Origin: Podarcis melisellensis
Taxonomy: Eukaryota
Assembly: GCA_964234715.1 (NCBI GenBank)
Contig: OZ174276.1
DNA length: 64,000 bases
Strand: one strand, 5' to 3'
The first letter of the stretch is position 1. Every line of letters begins with the position of its first letter. A program made the position numbers and the translations under genes. Below, piece after piece: positions 26,021-38,378 of the stretch. Under the pieces are notes generated by a model. That model did no database searches. It was not told the DNA's origin and saw only the letters and a list, made by a program, of their open reading frames with translations.

Positions 26021-28289
26021 CTCCTTATTATTTATTAAATTTATATACCTTATTTTATCTGAAGATCTTAGGGCAGTTCACAACATAAAAATACAATCTA
26101 AAAACACCAAATACATGATAAAAACAAGAACAACAAAAAACTGCTCCATGAATGAATAATTTGTACATTGTCCACTAATAATGAGGCATATGTTGAGATA
26201 TTACTGCAATTCTGTTATGTTATTTTTGTGATGTACAGTTGACATAGAAGACTTGGTCTATTTATTTGTATCATTTATTATTCTAATGATCACTGTTTAT
26301 AAAACCCAACTAAATAGTTGTTTTTAAAAAAGTTACATTCTCTAAATACTCAGAGGTATTGTGGAGGCAGGCAGTGGGAATCAGATCTATCCAGCTTTCA
26401 TATTTCATATTTAAACCATAGGGCACCAGGTATGCGACAGAATCATCAACAAGCCTTTGGAAAGCTGATTCTGGCAGCATATTATGCCTGAAACGGCAAT
26501 GAGAGGTGATAGCTGGAGGCCTGGCAGCTTGGTAAGACAGCCTTGAGCAACCCAGACCCTTAGGAAAGCTGAGTTTGCAGCACATGCTTAGTTATAAATG
26601 TCAAAATGTGCCAGGAGAAAGCCTGTGGCAGATAGGCACTGAGGAAAGGGACATATGTTGGGGAGGGCAGCCAAGTTGTGTGGTAAGATTCCTTCAGCTT
26701 TATTTCTGGAGATGCATCTCATACATACCGTTGACAGCAGAGAACATGCAGTGCAGATGGAGCCTGAAGAGTGGATAAAGTTCCTTCCATACTTAAGTTC
26801 TTTCTTAGCCACTTTCAGGAAACAAACCTTCAGGATTTGCATGCTTATTTAGTTGTAATATTTATATGCTGCTGCTCCTCCTCTTCCGCCTTCCCACATC
26901 ATTGGTTCCAGGTGGTTTCCAGATGAATTGAACCACACCATAGTACAATAAAAGTAAATGTATAGAGCACATTTGAAAAATCCTCAAGACAACAGGCAAC
27001 ACCCAAGACAACAACACCCAAGGTAGGATTCACCTAATGAACCCCATCATCAGAAGCCCTTCCCAGGGGCTTCCACTTGTTCAATGGGGTTCTCTCCTCC
27101 TCCCACCATTGCTTTCTTGGCAACAGGAGTGCAAAAGTGAAATCAGTGGCACACTTTGGATTACATTCTGTTTATTTACCCCTTTCTCCCTTCTCAGCCC
27201 AGTCTTATTTTTACTGTGCCTGGGACACCTCAGGCAAAATAACAAAGGTATCTATGACATACTCATTATAGCTTATTTATGAATGGATGGATAGATGGAT
27301 GCACATTATTTTGAGTAGGAGGGAGTCAATTTTCAAGAACTGTTTTAAGAGGTGCCCACCCTAGCATTGGCAATTAATCAAAACAAACTGTTGATGAGAA
27401 ATTCTCATATCTAAATTGAGAAAATTAAGAGTAAGTTGTGTGTAGACACAGACACAAACACAGAGATACGTCCATTTAATAACAAGTACACAGTATCAAA
27501 AAGTGGCTAAATAAAGGCATTCAAGTGGTTGATGGAAATATGTCACTGTCAATCTTGCTAGAGCTATGTTTAATGGCTGGATGGGAATGTAGGAAGGATG
27601 CACAGACCTGCCAGCCTCCAGATACTCCTGGTGTGCTGCTGGGTCAAGTCGTTGTCTCCAGGCTGCCTTGGTTCACAGCTCTGCAGACTTTGGCCAGGAC
27701 ACGCCGCTGGTGTGATTCAAATTTTCTAAAGGTGTCAGTCCCTGCTACTTACTTATGTGCTAATGCAGAGTTAAGGGACTCATGGTAGGGCAGTGCTTGT
27801 AGGAAATGCTCATTATTGTATTTCTTTAGCAGTTAAAATGTTCCTTTTTCTTATGGGCTTGTTTTGGTTAGGCTATTTCCGTTCCTCCTTAAAAAGGGAA
27901 CAGGCTGTTGTGTGTCACAAGCCTGCGTACTTCCTGCTCACAGGGAGTTTCCGTTTTGTATATAGCTTTTTTTCTGGCTGTTTCCTTGACATGGATGCAA
28001 GCAGTCATGCTTTTCCTTTGTTCTGACCAACGTTGAATAAAGCTTTAAAAATGCTCTTCTGGGTGAATCTTCCATTGTGGAAACTCTGCAGAAAGGGCGT
28101 GCATGAGTCTCGGAATGTGTCTGAGGCTCGTGTCGCTAATTGACTGATGCTGTTCTACGGGAGACCGAGAGATCGTCTGGAGATGACATGCAGGCTGCCT
28201 GATGCCTTTGTCTCCCTGGCAGTATCCCAACAGTTTTCCCCAACAGGGCAGTAAAAATGACACCATGTCACCACCATTTGCTATTCTTT

Positions 28290-28437
28290 TTACCACTGTT
28301 GACTCAGGTTCATCTTGCGATCTAGATCCTTTTCATACCTGCTGCAGCCAAGCCAGGTCGCCCCCATCCTATGCTTGCTGCTTTTCATTCTTGGTCCCTG
28401 AATGCAGGACTTTACAGTTATCTCATTTGAATTTTGC
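28290..28437 (-). mobile_element. CR1 LINE ORF2 fragment
   Basis: Minus strand gives a decayed CKVLH...EKDL-type segment, as in CR1 ORF2 downstream of the RT core. Confidence 0.65.
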
Positions 28438-29469
28438 CCTGACTTGCGAATTTTCTTTGCGCAGCGAAGGATTTTCCCCTGCCTTCCACAGGCAAGCAAT
28501 TCAAAGTTCAGTCCCCCAAACTTGTTGTTCAAGTGGTATAGTCTATGAACAATGTAATCATGCAGCTTCCTGTTTGTATAGTCCAGTTTTTATTATAAAT
28601 AGCCCCTTTGCCTCATGATCTATCCTTATTTTGCTGCAATTATAGAAAGACAAAAACCTCTTCAAATGGAAAAATGTAAAATAAAATAAAGTCAATAATG
28701 TTGCACTAGAGAACAATATTTCTGATTCTAGGTTTAGATGACTTGAGAATGCTATCTTAAAAGAAAATCTAACAACTGGGTGTACAGATTTTCAACTTAA
28801 CACCCCCCCCATATATGTTTTTCTAAAAGTCTGTGACACATTGAGATTAGAAAAACCTGAAATTGTTATTAGCATGGGAAGCTATGGTGTGAATTGTAAC
28901 CTGCCTGCTGTGTCGATAAATTGCCAGGCATAGCACCAACACCGACTATTCAAATTTGATGAAACTAATTTCGCATATCTTCATTTTTCAAATGTCAACT
29001 ATCATGAAATATTAACCAGTGCTAAACAGCATTCTCAAGGCTCTTCGAGCTTAGCGTCTGCATTCAGATGCAGTCATTATCATTTATTAAAGTATACCAA
29101 TAAAGGGGTGGGGAACTTCTGGCCCATGGGCCTAATTTGGGCTGTTAATTTGCCCCCTTCCCCCCAGTCCATTTTGGCCAAGCAGTGCACATCTGCTCTA
29201 CAACTCACTTCATAGAACATGTCATTAGACATTTCTATGCTTAATGCTCGTATGTTTGGCTTGAATTTAGATTGTAAATCTGACTTCAATCACTTTCTGC
29301 AGAAAAACAACTTCTTCAAATGACAATTCTTTCTAACAAGCCTTCTCACCGCTTTCTTTTGATTCTGCCACTCTGGGGCACTTTTTGAGGGAGTGGGGAG
29401 GACTAGCAGCTACTGCATGGAGCATAGAAATGATGGGGGAAGCATGTAGAACGTTGTTTAACCTACCTG

Positions 29470-29780
29470 ATTATCTCCTTGCCCTTATATCCCTGCCTGA
29501 TCACCGAAGTCTTTGGAGGAGTCACTGTTAGTGATCCCCCATGAATGGGATGCACAGCTCCTATACACCTTGAGCAGCGTGTTTAGTATTATGTGGTCAA
29601 TTTTATGGAACACCCTTCCATTGCGGTCAGACAAGCCCCTCCCTATAAACTTCCAATGCCTACTGAATACTTTTTTATTATTCCAATAGATTTTTAATTG
29701 AAGCTTGATCTTATAGCTCTATTTTTGGTACTGAGTTTTTGTAAACAACTTTACAAAACTTAAATTGTTTAAATAAATAA
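29470..29780 (+). mobile_element. Old L2 LINE 3' fragment
   Basis: ccttatatccctgcctgatcaccgaagtct...tggaacacccttcca... corresponds to YxPxRxLRS...WNxLP, followed by a taaataaa tail. Confidence 0.55.
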
Positions 29781-30842
29781 AATAACCTAACATAATGAAT
29801 GCACTTTTGTAGCACATGATAGCCTTGATTGCTGGAAAAGTATTAGTTAACATACATATCCTAGCTGTAGGCAGCTCTGAAACTGAAGGAAGGGTGCATT
29901 AAGGGAAAATGCAAACAGACAGGATTCTAGGTTGTTCCACTTAACACCTGCCCCCCCCAAGGTTGGGATTGTTTTTTGTGTAACCTAGAGCCTAGATCCA
30001 AATCTGGGGTTCTTAGACAGTGCTCTAGTATGACAAAGAGTTTGTCAAAGTCAGTGATGGGGTATCAGTGGACACTTATGTGCATTCATGTTCCCTCTGA
30101 TTTTCAGAAACGTGAAATACAAATTTTGTGATTTGTTATTTGAATTGGAATGTCAAGTTTGCACAGTGCTATTAGAAATTTCCTGAAGAAAATATTTCAT
30201 TTTGTATCAGACTGTGATGGTGGTGTTGCTATTATATTTATTTCACTTGAATGCCAGTTTCAATTTATTCCAGGCTTTCCTCATTGTATTATGAGAAGTT
30301 TGCTAGCTCTTAATTTTCAGCAAATGGCTCACCATCGACAAGCCCCAAGCTAACATGTGAGCTGTGAGGCAGTGGTCAGAAAGAGCGCTTCCACCCTGCC
30401 TTGAGTTCACCTGGGATTGCTTTTAATCATGTCCTTTACTATTTGCACATTTCTGCTAATTCATTTGACAGCTTATAGTCAATGCTTGAGGTGATGTGCT
30501 TGCGATGATATATCCCAGTGAATGACAGAAAAATGAGCCGTTTGTCAATCTAGACTTATTTCTGAGGAATTTTATATATCCACTTATTCAAGGTCTGAAT
30601 TACAAACTCAGTAGGTCAAGAGGTTTAATCAGATTTGCACATGCTAAGATGAAGATGGAAATGAAAAGCTCATTTTTCTTTCCTACCAGAAAAAGAAAGA
30701 AAGAAAAGGTTATTCCATGGAGGCTGCAGCTTAGAACAGTCAGCTGGACTCTGTATATTACTGCCTCACTTACCACATTTGCTCTTGAGAAGATGGACAG
30801 ATCTGTTGTTTTTGGCTTCCTGATATACTAATGGGAAGTATT

Positions 30843-30915
30843 AGGGGAAACGATGTAGCTCAATTGTAGAGCACATGTTTGGCATGCAGGAAGTACAAGG
30901 TTTAATTTCTAGCAT
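30843..30915 (+). mobile_element. tRNA-derived SINE head
   Basis: gtagctcaattgtagagcacatgtttggcatgcaggaagtacaaggtttaatttctagcat. Confidence 0.6.
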
Positions 30916-30924
30916 GAGTGGACG

Positions 30925-31570
30925 GTCCACTAGATATTGCATTCTTGGATTTTTAAAAAGCTTCTTATAAAGTCTCTCACCAAAGGACTGGGTAAGAGGA
31001 AAGAGACTCTTATGGATAAGTAACTCACAGAACAAGAAGTAGCAGAGAGTAGGAATAACTGGAGACTTTGCACAATAGATGGATGTAACAAATGGGATCT
31101 CCCAATGATCTGCTTCGGGACCAGTGCTTTTTAATATGTTCATAAATGATTTGGAGTCAGGGAAAATCAGTGACATGGCCATGTTGGTTGGTGACACACA
31201 GGCTAGTAAAAAACAAAAAGTGATTTCAAAGAACCCCCAAAAGATATTTCCAAACTGAGTGAACAGGCAGCAAAATGGCAGATGCAGTTCACTGCAAGTA
31301 TTTATGAAATGATGCACTTTGGAGCAAAAAATCCTACTGTCACTTCTATGTTAATGGGTTTGAACAGGCACCGACAGACCAGGAAAGAGATCTTGGGCTT
31401 AATGAAAATATTGACCTAGCTGTGATAAAGGAGAATCTCATGTTTGGGATTTTGGAAATAAAATTGATCCCTTTTGCATAATACTGGAACTTGAGGTCAT
31501 CCAATGAAAGTGAACATTGGAAGAGTCAGCACAGACAAAAGGAAGGACTTCTTCAACCATAGTACAGTTA
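30925..31570 (+). mobile_element. Degenerate CR1 LINE ORF2 fragment
   Basis: Decayed LDFxKA, SGxPQxSxxGPVLFNxFINDL, xDDT and WQMQF motifs spread across frameshifts. Confidence 0.8.
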
Positions 31571-31896
31571 GTCTCTCATCCATAGAAATATCTGATGAAA
31601 ATATTGTATGAGCACCTTTCACAACTATACTATGACTAGTTTTCAAACTGTATTTTCAAAATGTAGGCTACGGGTAGAATCTAGAGAAACAAACCAAGCC
31701 CATCCTTATGTGAATATGTCTATGGGACTTCAGTATCCTTAATATTCTGATTTCATTGAAAACAACATCCTTGTTAATTCATTTGGCATGGCTTCTTCAT
31801 TTTAAATTTTAAATCAGAATATACACGTGCTACGAATGAAGTCTTCACTTAGTCCAAGATACTGATAAAAACGGGGAAAATTGTAAAGAAATATTT

Positions 31897-31902
31897 TTTA
31901 TT
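31897..31902 (-). terminator. Candidate CNTN6 polyadenylation signal (AATAAA)
   Basis: tttatt on the plus strand, about 490 nt past the stop codon. Usage is not demonstrated. Confidence 0.5.
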
Positions 31903-32100
31903 AAATCTGAAAATGCAGTAAACAGTGTTTCATTACAGACCAAAGTGAGAAATACAGATCAGGTAATGTTATACATCACAAACAACTGCAAGCCTTTTTC
32001 ATATTGATCACTGGGTTTTGTTGTTGTAGATATCTTGTACGTTTGCAACTCATACAGATATACTGGATTTCCACAACAGATCCCTGCAATACAAACTACC

Positions 32101-32108
32101 TTTCTTTT

Positions 32109-32144
<36 letters not shown>

Positions 32145-32145
32145 T
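32101..32145. repeat. (TTTC)n microsatellite in the predicted CNTN6 3' UTR
   Basis: Directly visible. Confidence 0.9.
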
Positions 32146-32389
32146 TTTACAATTTTGGCTCTGTTCTGTTCATTTTGGGGACATCTTAAACGCAAATATG
32201 CTTTTAAAAAAGAGAAAGAAATCAATTATATTTACATTTTAAAGGGCAATTCATTATCTTTCTCAATAGAATCCATTTTCAGATATGACAGGTGCCAATA
32301 TGTGAAAGGGAGGAAAGTCTCTGACCATCAATGGCTGCTTTGTTTTCAAAAGTCCAATGGCTGCTTGTTGGCGCCGTTCAACAAAATAC

Positions 32390-32481
32390 TCAGGAGCTGA
32401 GTATATAAACCAGAATCATAATCTTAGTTGTCATTATGTAATCTTCAGAGCCGCAGGTATACATCCCTCTGGAGCTTAAAC
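32390..32481 (-). CDS. CNTN6: Contactin-6 terminal coding exon (GPI-signal region)
   Basis: Pyrimidine tract, then cag|GT TTA AGC TCC AGA GGG, giving (S)LSSRGMYTCGSEDYIMTTKIMILVYILSS* (TGA at 32392-32390). SLSSRG matches the start of the human last exon as recalled; phase 1 fits the preceding exon. Confidence 0.85.
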
Positions 32482-32768
32482 CTGCAAAAGGAAACAGAGA
32501 TAGAAAAGTACACTCAAATTCACATGCTCAAGGCATTATTGATAAGAGCTGGTTTTAATGTGCTTAATAATCACCATGCTTTACTTTGCATGTTTCCCTC
32601 CACCCATCATTTTGATTATTTTTTTTCTTCAGGAGGATGAGGTCTAATACTATTAGTTGACTATGACTGCACTTTGAGAAGCACTGTTTCATTGCTCTGT
32701 TTCATTCCACCGTTGGTGAAAGACTTGCAACTGTACAGTTCAATGCATAAAGTATAAAGTACCTAGGA

Positions 32769-32904
32769 CAGGCATAGGCAAACTCTGCCCTCCAGATGTT
32801 TTGGGACTACAACTCCCATCATCCCTGACCACTGGTCCTGTTAGCTAGGGATGATGGGAGTTGTAGTCCCAAAACATCTGGAGGGCTGAGTTTGCCTGTG
32901 CCTG
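32769..32904. mobile_element. hAT-type MITE, same family as 5618-5753, in the last CNTN6 intron
   Basis: TIRs CAGGCATAGGCAAACT / AGTTTGCCTGTGCCTG; exact 8-bp TSD acctagga. Confidence 0.92.
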
Positions 32905-34314
32905 ACCTAGGACATTCAACCCACAAACCAGTTAATATTTTGTGTTTGGATTTCAGTCAAGGAAAGCAGTGGGGCAATTAGATTATTCTGAATTCTTGAC
33001 TTAGTTATATTACAAGGGAAGCCCCCCCTTAAGCTGGAAATGTATATTACTTTGCTTACAGCAAAGTGCCAGGTGTTGGAAGTATTTGGGGGGGGGGGGC
33101 TCATGTTTATTCAGCTGTGTAGGTACCTGGATTTCTGCCCCAAAGTCTTGCCCTGATGGTACCATTCAATAGAACAACACCAGCTTTGCAACCTAACTCT
33201 ATCCATATGAAACTGCTCACCCACCAAAGTCTTTGGAGGGTCTGTGGTCAGGTTACTTGAAATGCGTCATCATGCCTCCTGCCTGGGGGGAACTAGCCCT
33301 TGCAACTGACTTTTTCAAGATGAACATTTCATAACTTCTATTTACTCTTCCTAGTGGATGGCGAAGACCATGTCGCCCCCCCCCCCGGCCTTCTATGATA
33401 GTGGAGTTAGTTTTCAGAGCCCCTGATGCTGTGCATTTTTTTTTTTTAAAAAACAATTTTAATGTGCTATTATTTATTTGGACCATTTGCATCTGCCCTT
33501 CATCCAAATATTTTAATGCGGGAAGTAGCAGAAATCCAAACAAAGTGAGATCGCTGCTTTGAATTTGCATTTTGTAATGTGCCTCTCGTTCTTTTACTTA
33601 CATTTTATACTTGCATTTTAACTTTAGTGAGCCACTTTGGTGGTTCTTTGGTTGAAAAGCCACCTAGAAATAAACTTTGGCATGACATGACATTGATGTG
33701 CAGTGGAGAATGACGGCTAAGCTCCCAGCCCTGGTAACGTATTATCTCCTTATTCCAGCACTCTGTGCATTCTGATTCCCTATGCGGAGGCAGAACCAGC
33801 CATCAGTACCAGAATACTAGAGCTGGTTTAAAATAACAACTATATAAGAATCATTGGAGGGCAGGGAGGACGTGGAGAGGACACCTGGATTTGCCCCCAT
33901 GCTTTGCACCATATTCTGCCCCTGCCCCAAATCCCCTTAAGGCCCTCTTCAGTAGCTTTTGGTTGAAACATGTACTGATTAGTACAGCAATGTACCCTAC
34001 CTAAAGTTCCGTGTAAGGGTGTTCCTTCACCTCAACGAACTAGGCTCTCCTCTCACTTCTGTACACTCTTTCCATTTCTTCTGCTTTTTATCTTTCTATT
34101 ATCAGTCTTGAAGTCATCCATTTGCTATCTCTTGTCTCTTGCCCCCTTTGCACAGAATTGCCCCCTAGTCTCCATGTTCATGTTATTCCATCTTTATCTT
34201 TTGCAATACCCTCTAATTGTTTCTCCTTTTGCCTCCCTTTTGGTTCCTTTCCAGTTGAACAACTCCCTGTTCCCACAGTGAACACATGCCTGTTGATAAA
34301 TTGATGGCCGCAAG

Positions 34315-34443
34315 CAGTGCTTTTTTGGGGGGACGGGGGACGGGACACATACCCCTAAACATTTTGTGAATCTAAGTTTGGCCTCAATATGAGTAGAAAA
34401 ATGAGAGTACCCCCTAAACATTTTTTAAAGAAAAAAAGCACTG
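34315..34443. mobile_element. hAT-type MITE
   Basis: TIRs CAGTGCTTTTTT / AAAAAAGCACTG; 8-bp TSD gccgcaag / gccgcagg. Confidence 0.85.
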
Positions 34444-34991
34444 GCCGCAGGTGTGAATAGGTAATGAGATTTTTTTCAGTACAGTACAGGCAGGTGCCTA
34501 TAATTGTGTGTAGGGAGGAAACCAACCCCTTGTTTTGCATAGGAACAGGCAAACTGTTTCTTCGTCCCTCCATCTCCCCTCCCCTTCAGTTAAAATAAAT
34601 AACTGGGAGCTTGTGGGCAGAGACATTGGCTGTTTAAACCTATACACAGTCCTCAGTATATTTTAGGAACCTTTAAAATAGTAAATAACGAGGATTATTA
34701 TGCTGAAGAGTTTAATTTCAACCCGACCCAGTAACTGATTTCCACACAGCTGCAGCCTCCACTTAAATCAGCAAGCCGCAGATCCGCAGCCCCCTGAAAA
34801 TTCTGCTGCATTTTCCCCCTCATGTTAATTGGTTTTCCTTTTCTCCCAACCAGGCACGTAAGAGACTGTTCCCAGGTTTACCTGGTACCATAATATCAAG
34901 TTAGTGTCAAAGGTCTATCCAGCTTTAGTTCTTCCCAGCAGTCAAGGGACCACAGCAACAGAGTTGGGGAAGGGGGGGTGAGGTAACTCAC

Positions 34992-35160
34992 TGGACATGG
35001 TTGGAATCCTAATTTCCTCACTGCTGCTCCCTTCCCCTCCATCGCTCACAGTTCTTATTTCTACGAGATAATCTTCTTCGAAAGGTACCAGCAGCTCAGC
35101 GGATGTACTGTTTGTCTCCAATATATGAGTGGTGCTTTGTCGGTTTTGCCTATACAGAAT
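34992..35160 (-). CDS. CNTN6: Contactin-6 exon, FNIII-4 C-terminal half (169 nt)
   Basis: tag|[56 protein letters not shown]|gtgagt. Not in the ORF track. Confidence 0.95.
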
Positions 35161-36249
35161 CTAAATATAAAACAAGAGAAGGGCAGGACCCGTTATATTA
35201 TTGCCGCTTGCTTTTGTTAAGGCTTCTCCGCATGGTGGGTTGTGTTCTCAAACATTTCTGCAGCGTATTTTCAAGCACCCTGTGGGCACATTCAGGAAAA
35301 ACACAAACCGCTCCAGTTGCTTACAAGAAATCCCTATGGAGATTCCCCATGTGGAATCTGAAGAGGTGCACGGATATGTTCACAATGCTTCCCTGTCTTT
35401 CATGCAGCGGCACATCTTCAACCTTATAATCCAGCACTTCTCGCTGTGTTCCTTGGAGCTTCTGGGGTTCCTTAAAGCACCCCAAGGGGTTCCACAATGT
35501 AAAAAGTTGCCGTTGTGGACACATTTGCATAATGTGTGATTTCCATTGAGCTGCAGCCGTGAGAGTTAAATGCACTTATTTCCTTCCTTCTCAGAGCTTT
35601 CCAATGGCTAAATCAGTAGCATCCAGAAGGGCTGTGTGGGCAGAGCAAATCTGCTTACCTGGTTTGCCAATGCTGCGCCAATCTGATGCTCTCCACCACC
35701 TCACCCCTCTTAGTAACTGGCAGTGGAGTGCAGTGTTGAGAAGTCAGGTAAGCAATGCAGCTTTGCTTGCACCATTTGCTACTGGGTTAAGTACGCTGCT
35801 CAAGCCCTTGTCACAGGAATCCCTTGTCTCCTTGTAAGTTCCTTCCATTGGAGCCAGCTCCTAGGGGCCAAGGTCCCTTTGAACCCACCCATAAAATGTT
35901 TCAGGGGGCATCCCTCCCCCAAAGGTAACGGCCATTGTCATTCAAATGGTGTATGTGATCAATGGTGTGTGTGATCATATTGTGATCAATTATGTGGGGT
36001 AGGGCTTACCTTCCCCCCAAATAATATTTCATTCAAGCTGATACCAGCTCAGCTAAATACATATATTTCAAGGGGCCAGATATATGAATACTATTTGCAA
36101 AGTAGTAGAGATTTGTTATTGCCCCATGTCAGAATGAATGGGGGAACCAGTTCTTTGATAATGGCACCATTTTTATGTTGTGACTAAGAATTAAAGAAAG
36201 CAGGCACAAAGCCAACCTATTTATTGATCTCACAGCTGACCTGTAGCAA

Positions 36250-38378
36250 GAGATGTGGTGACAGACCGTTTCTCAGTTGCCTAGCTGACAATTCCATTTT
36301 ATGGAAGGTGGAATAAACAACAAGGGGGTGATCTCTCTTGGACCTGGTCCTCACAAACAGGGAGAAACTGTTTGACAAAGTGGAACTACTGGAAACTTTT
36401 GGAGGAAGTGATCATGTCTTCTTTGGTTTCATTATACCTGTGGTTCTCAAACTTTTTTCCTCTGGGCCACACTTTCAGAATAAAAATTTGTTTGGGACAC
36501 ACCAGTTTTTTTATGGATAAGAAATATATTGGAAAACCAAAAGAAACAACTCCAACAGTGCTTGATTTATAACACAGAACATCACTACATTGTAATATAA
36601 TTGGACATCCAGAAAGTATAAAACATGAATCATTCCCAAAATAGAATTATCACCAAGTCTCTTACATATGTACCTTAAGTATGTATACAAACTCAAAGAG
36701 AGATGTGAGCTTGTAGTATCACTTGATGCTCTTTCTCTCATTTTGAAAAGGTTTCTATCCATATTCTACAAATAAAAACAAATTTATACTATACTAGACT
36801 GAAATGCTTAAATGTTTCTTTGATTATCCTTGAATCTTCCAGCCGCACTTGCCATCCTCTCCTGCCTCACCAGTGTGACACACCACACCCTTTGAAAACC
36901 ACTGCATTTTACAGAGGCAAGGGAAAGCTGAGTGAAGTCGGACATGCATTCTGGACTTTAAGAAGGCTGATTTCAAAAATCTTAATGGAAATACTGGGTG
37001 AGATCTCATGGTCAGAAATATTGAAAGAGAAGAGAGCCCAAAATGATGAGAGTTTCTTAAAGCTGAACTATTGAGAGCAGAAATGCAGGCAATTCCAACA
37101 AGAAAAATGGGAGGCATCTGTGTCTGCATAAGGAGTTTACAGATAAGCTGAGATTTAAGAAGGACATGTATAAGAGATGGAAGAAAGGGAAATCATGAAG
37201 AAATAGTATACACAAGTAGCCATCAGTTGCAGGGAGAAGGTCAGGTGGGCCAAAATTCAGAATGTGCTTAGTGTTGCCAGAGAGGTTAAAAATAATATTA
37301 AAAGGTTTATCCAACTATGTTTGAAACAAGAGGGAACAACAAGCAAGGAGTAGATCCTCTGCATGAAGAAGATGGAGAAATGTTAATGGGTGATAGAGAG
37401 AAGGTGGAATTGCTTAACACCTACTTTGCCTCTTCATCCAAAAGGAAAGCAATGCCCAACCTGGTGATAACAGAATAAACGGTGCAAGGAGGAAGCTGCA
37501 GCCCAAGATTTGCAAAGAGGTAGTAAGGGAACACGTACCTATTTTAAATGAATTTGCAGATGACACCAAACCGGGGGGGGGGGGTGTAGTTAATGCCACA
37601 GAATACAGAATCAGAATTCAAATGAGAACTGGGCTCAACTAACAAAATTAATTTCAGTAGGGAAAAATATAAGATTCTAAACTTAGGCAGGAATAACCAG
37701 CTACACAAATACAAGACGAGAGACACCTGACTTACTGAAAAGGATCTAGGGGTCTTAGTATACCATTAACTTACACGAGTAGACAGTGTGATACAGCAAA
37801 AAAGCTAATGCTATTATAGGTTGCATCAACAGAAGTATAGTTTTCGTATCAAGGAAAGTAATAATACCACTCTATTCTGCCATGGTCAAATCACATACGG
37901 AGTAGTGTGTCCAATTTGGGGTGGTACAATTTAAGAAGAATATGGACAAGCTGGAACATGTGTAGAGGAGGGCAATCAAGATGATCAAGCATCTGGAAAC
38001 CAAACTTAGGAGAAATTGTTAAGGAAGTTGGGTATCTTTTGTCTGGGAAAGAGGAGATATGATAGCCATCTTCAAAAACCTAAAGGCTGTCACATGGAAG
38101 ATGGAGCAAGCTTGTTTCTTCTGCTCCAGAGGGTAGGACCTGAACCAATGGTTTCAAGTTACAAGAAAGAAGACTAGACATCAGGATGAACTTTTTGACA
38201 GTAATACCAGTGGAATGGGCTCCCTTGTGAGGCTGTGGACTCTTTTTCCTTAGAGGTTTTTAAGTAGAGGTTGGATGACCATGTGCCATGGATGCTTTAG
38301 TTGAGATTCTTGCAATGTAGGGCTTTGGATTACATGATTCTCAGGGTCCCTTCCAACTCTACAATTCTATGATTCTAT
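36250..38378 (+). mobile_element. CR1 LINE, 5'-truncated and internally deleted, antisense to CNTN6
   Basis: Endonuclease LDLVLTNRE...GGSDH motif, FADDTK, C-terminal ORF2 and an (ATTCTATG)-type tail ending at 38378. Confidence 0.9.
36438..36904. mobile_element. hAT (Charlie-like) non-autonomous element nested in the CR1
   Basis: TIRs CTGTGGTTCTCAAA / TTTGAAAACCACTG; 8-bp TSD cattatac / cattttac. CR1 sequence resumes after it. Confidence 0.8.

Noticed and set aside
30841-31317. 158-aa minus-strand ORF
   Set aside because: Antisense frame of a decayed CR1 and a SINE head.
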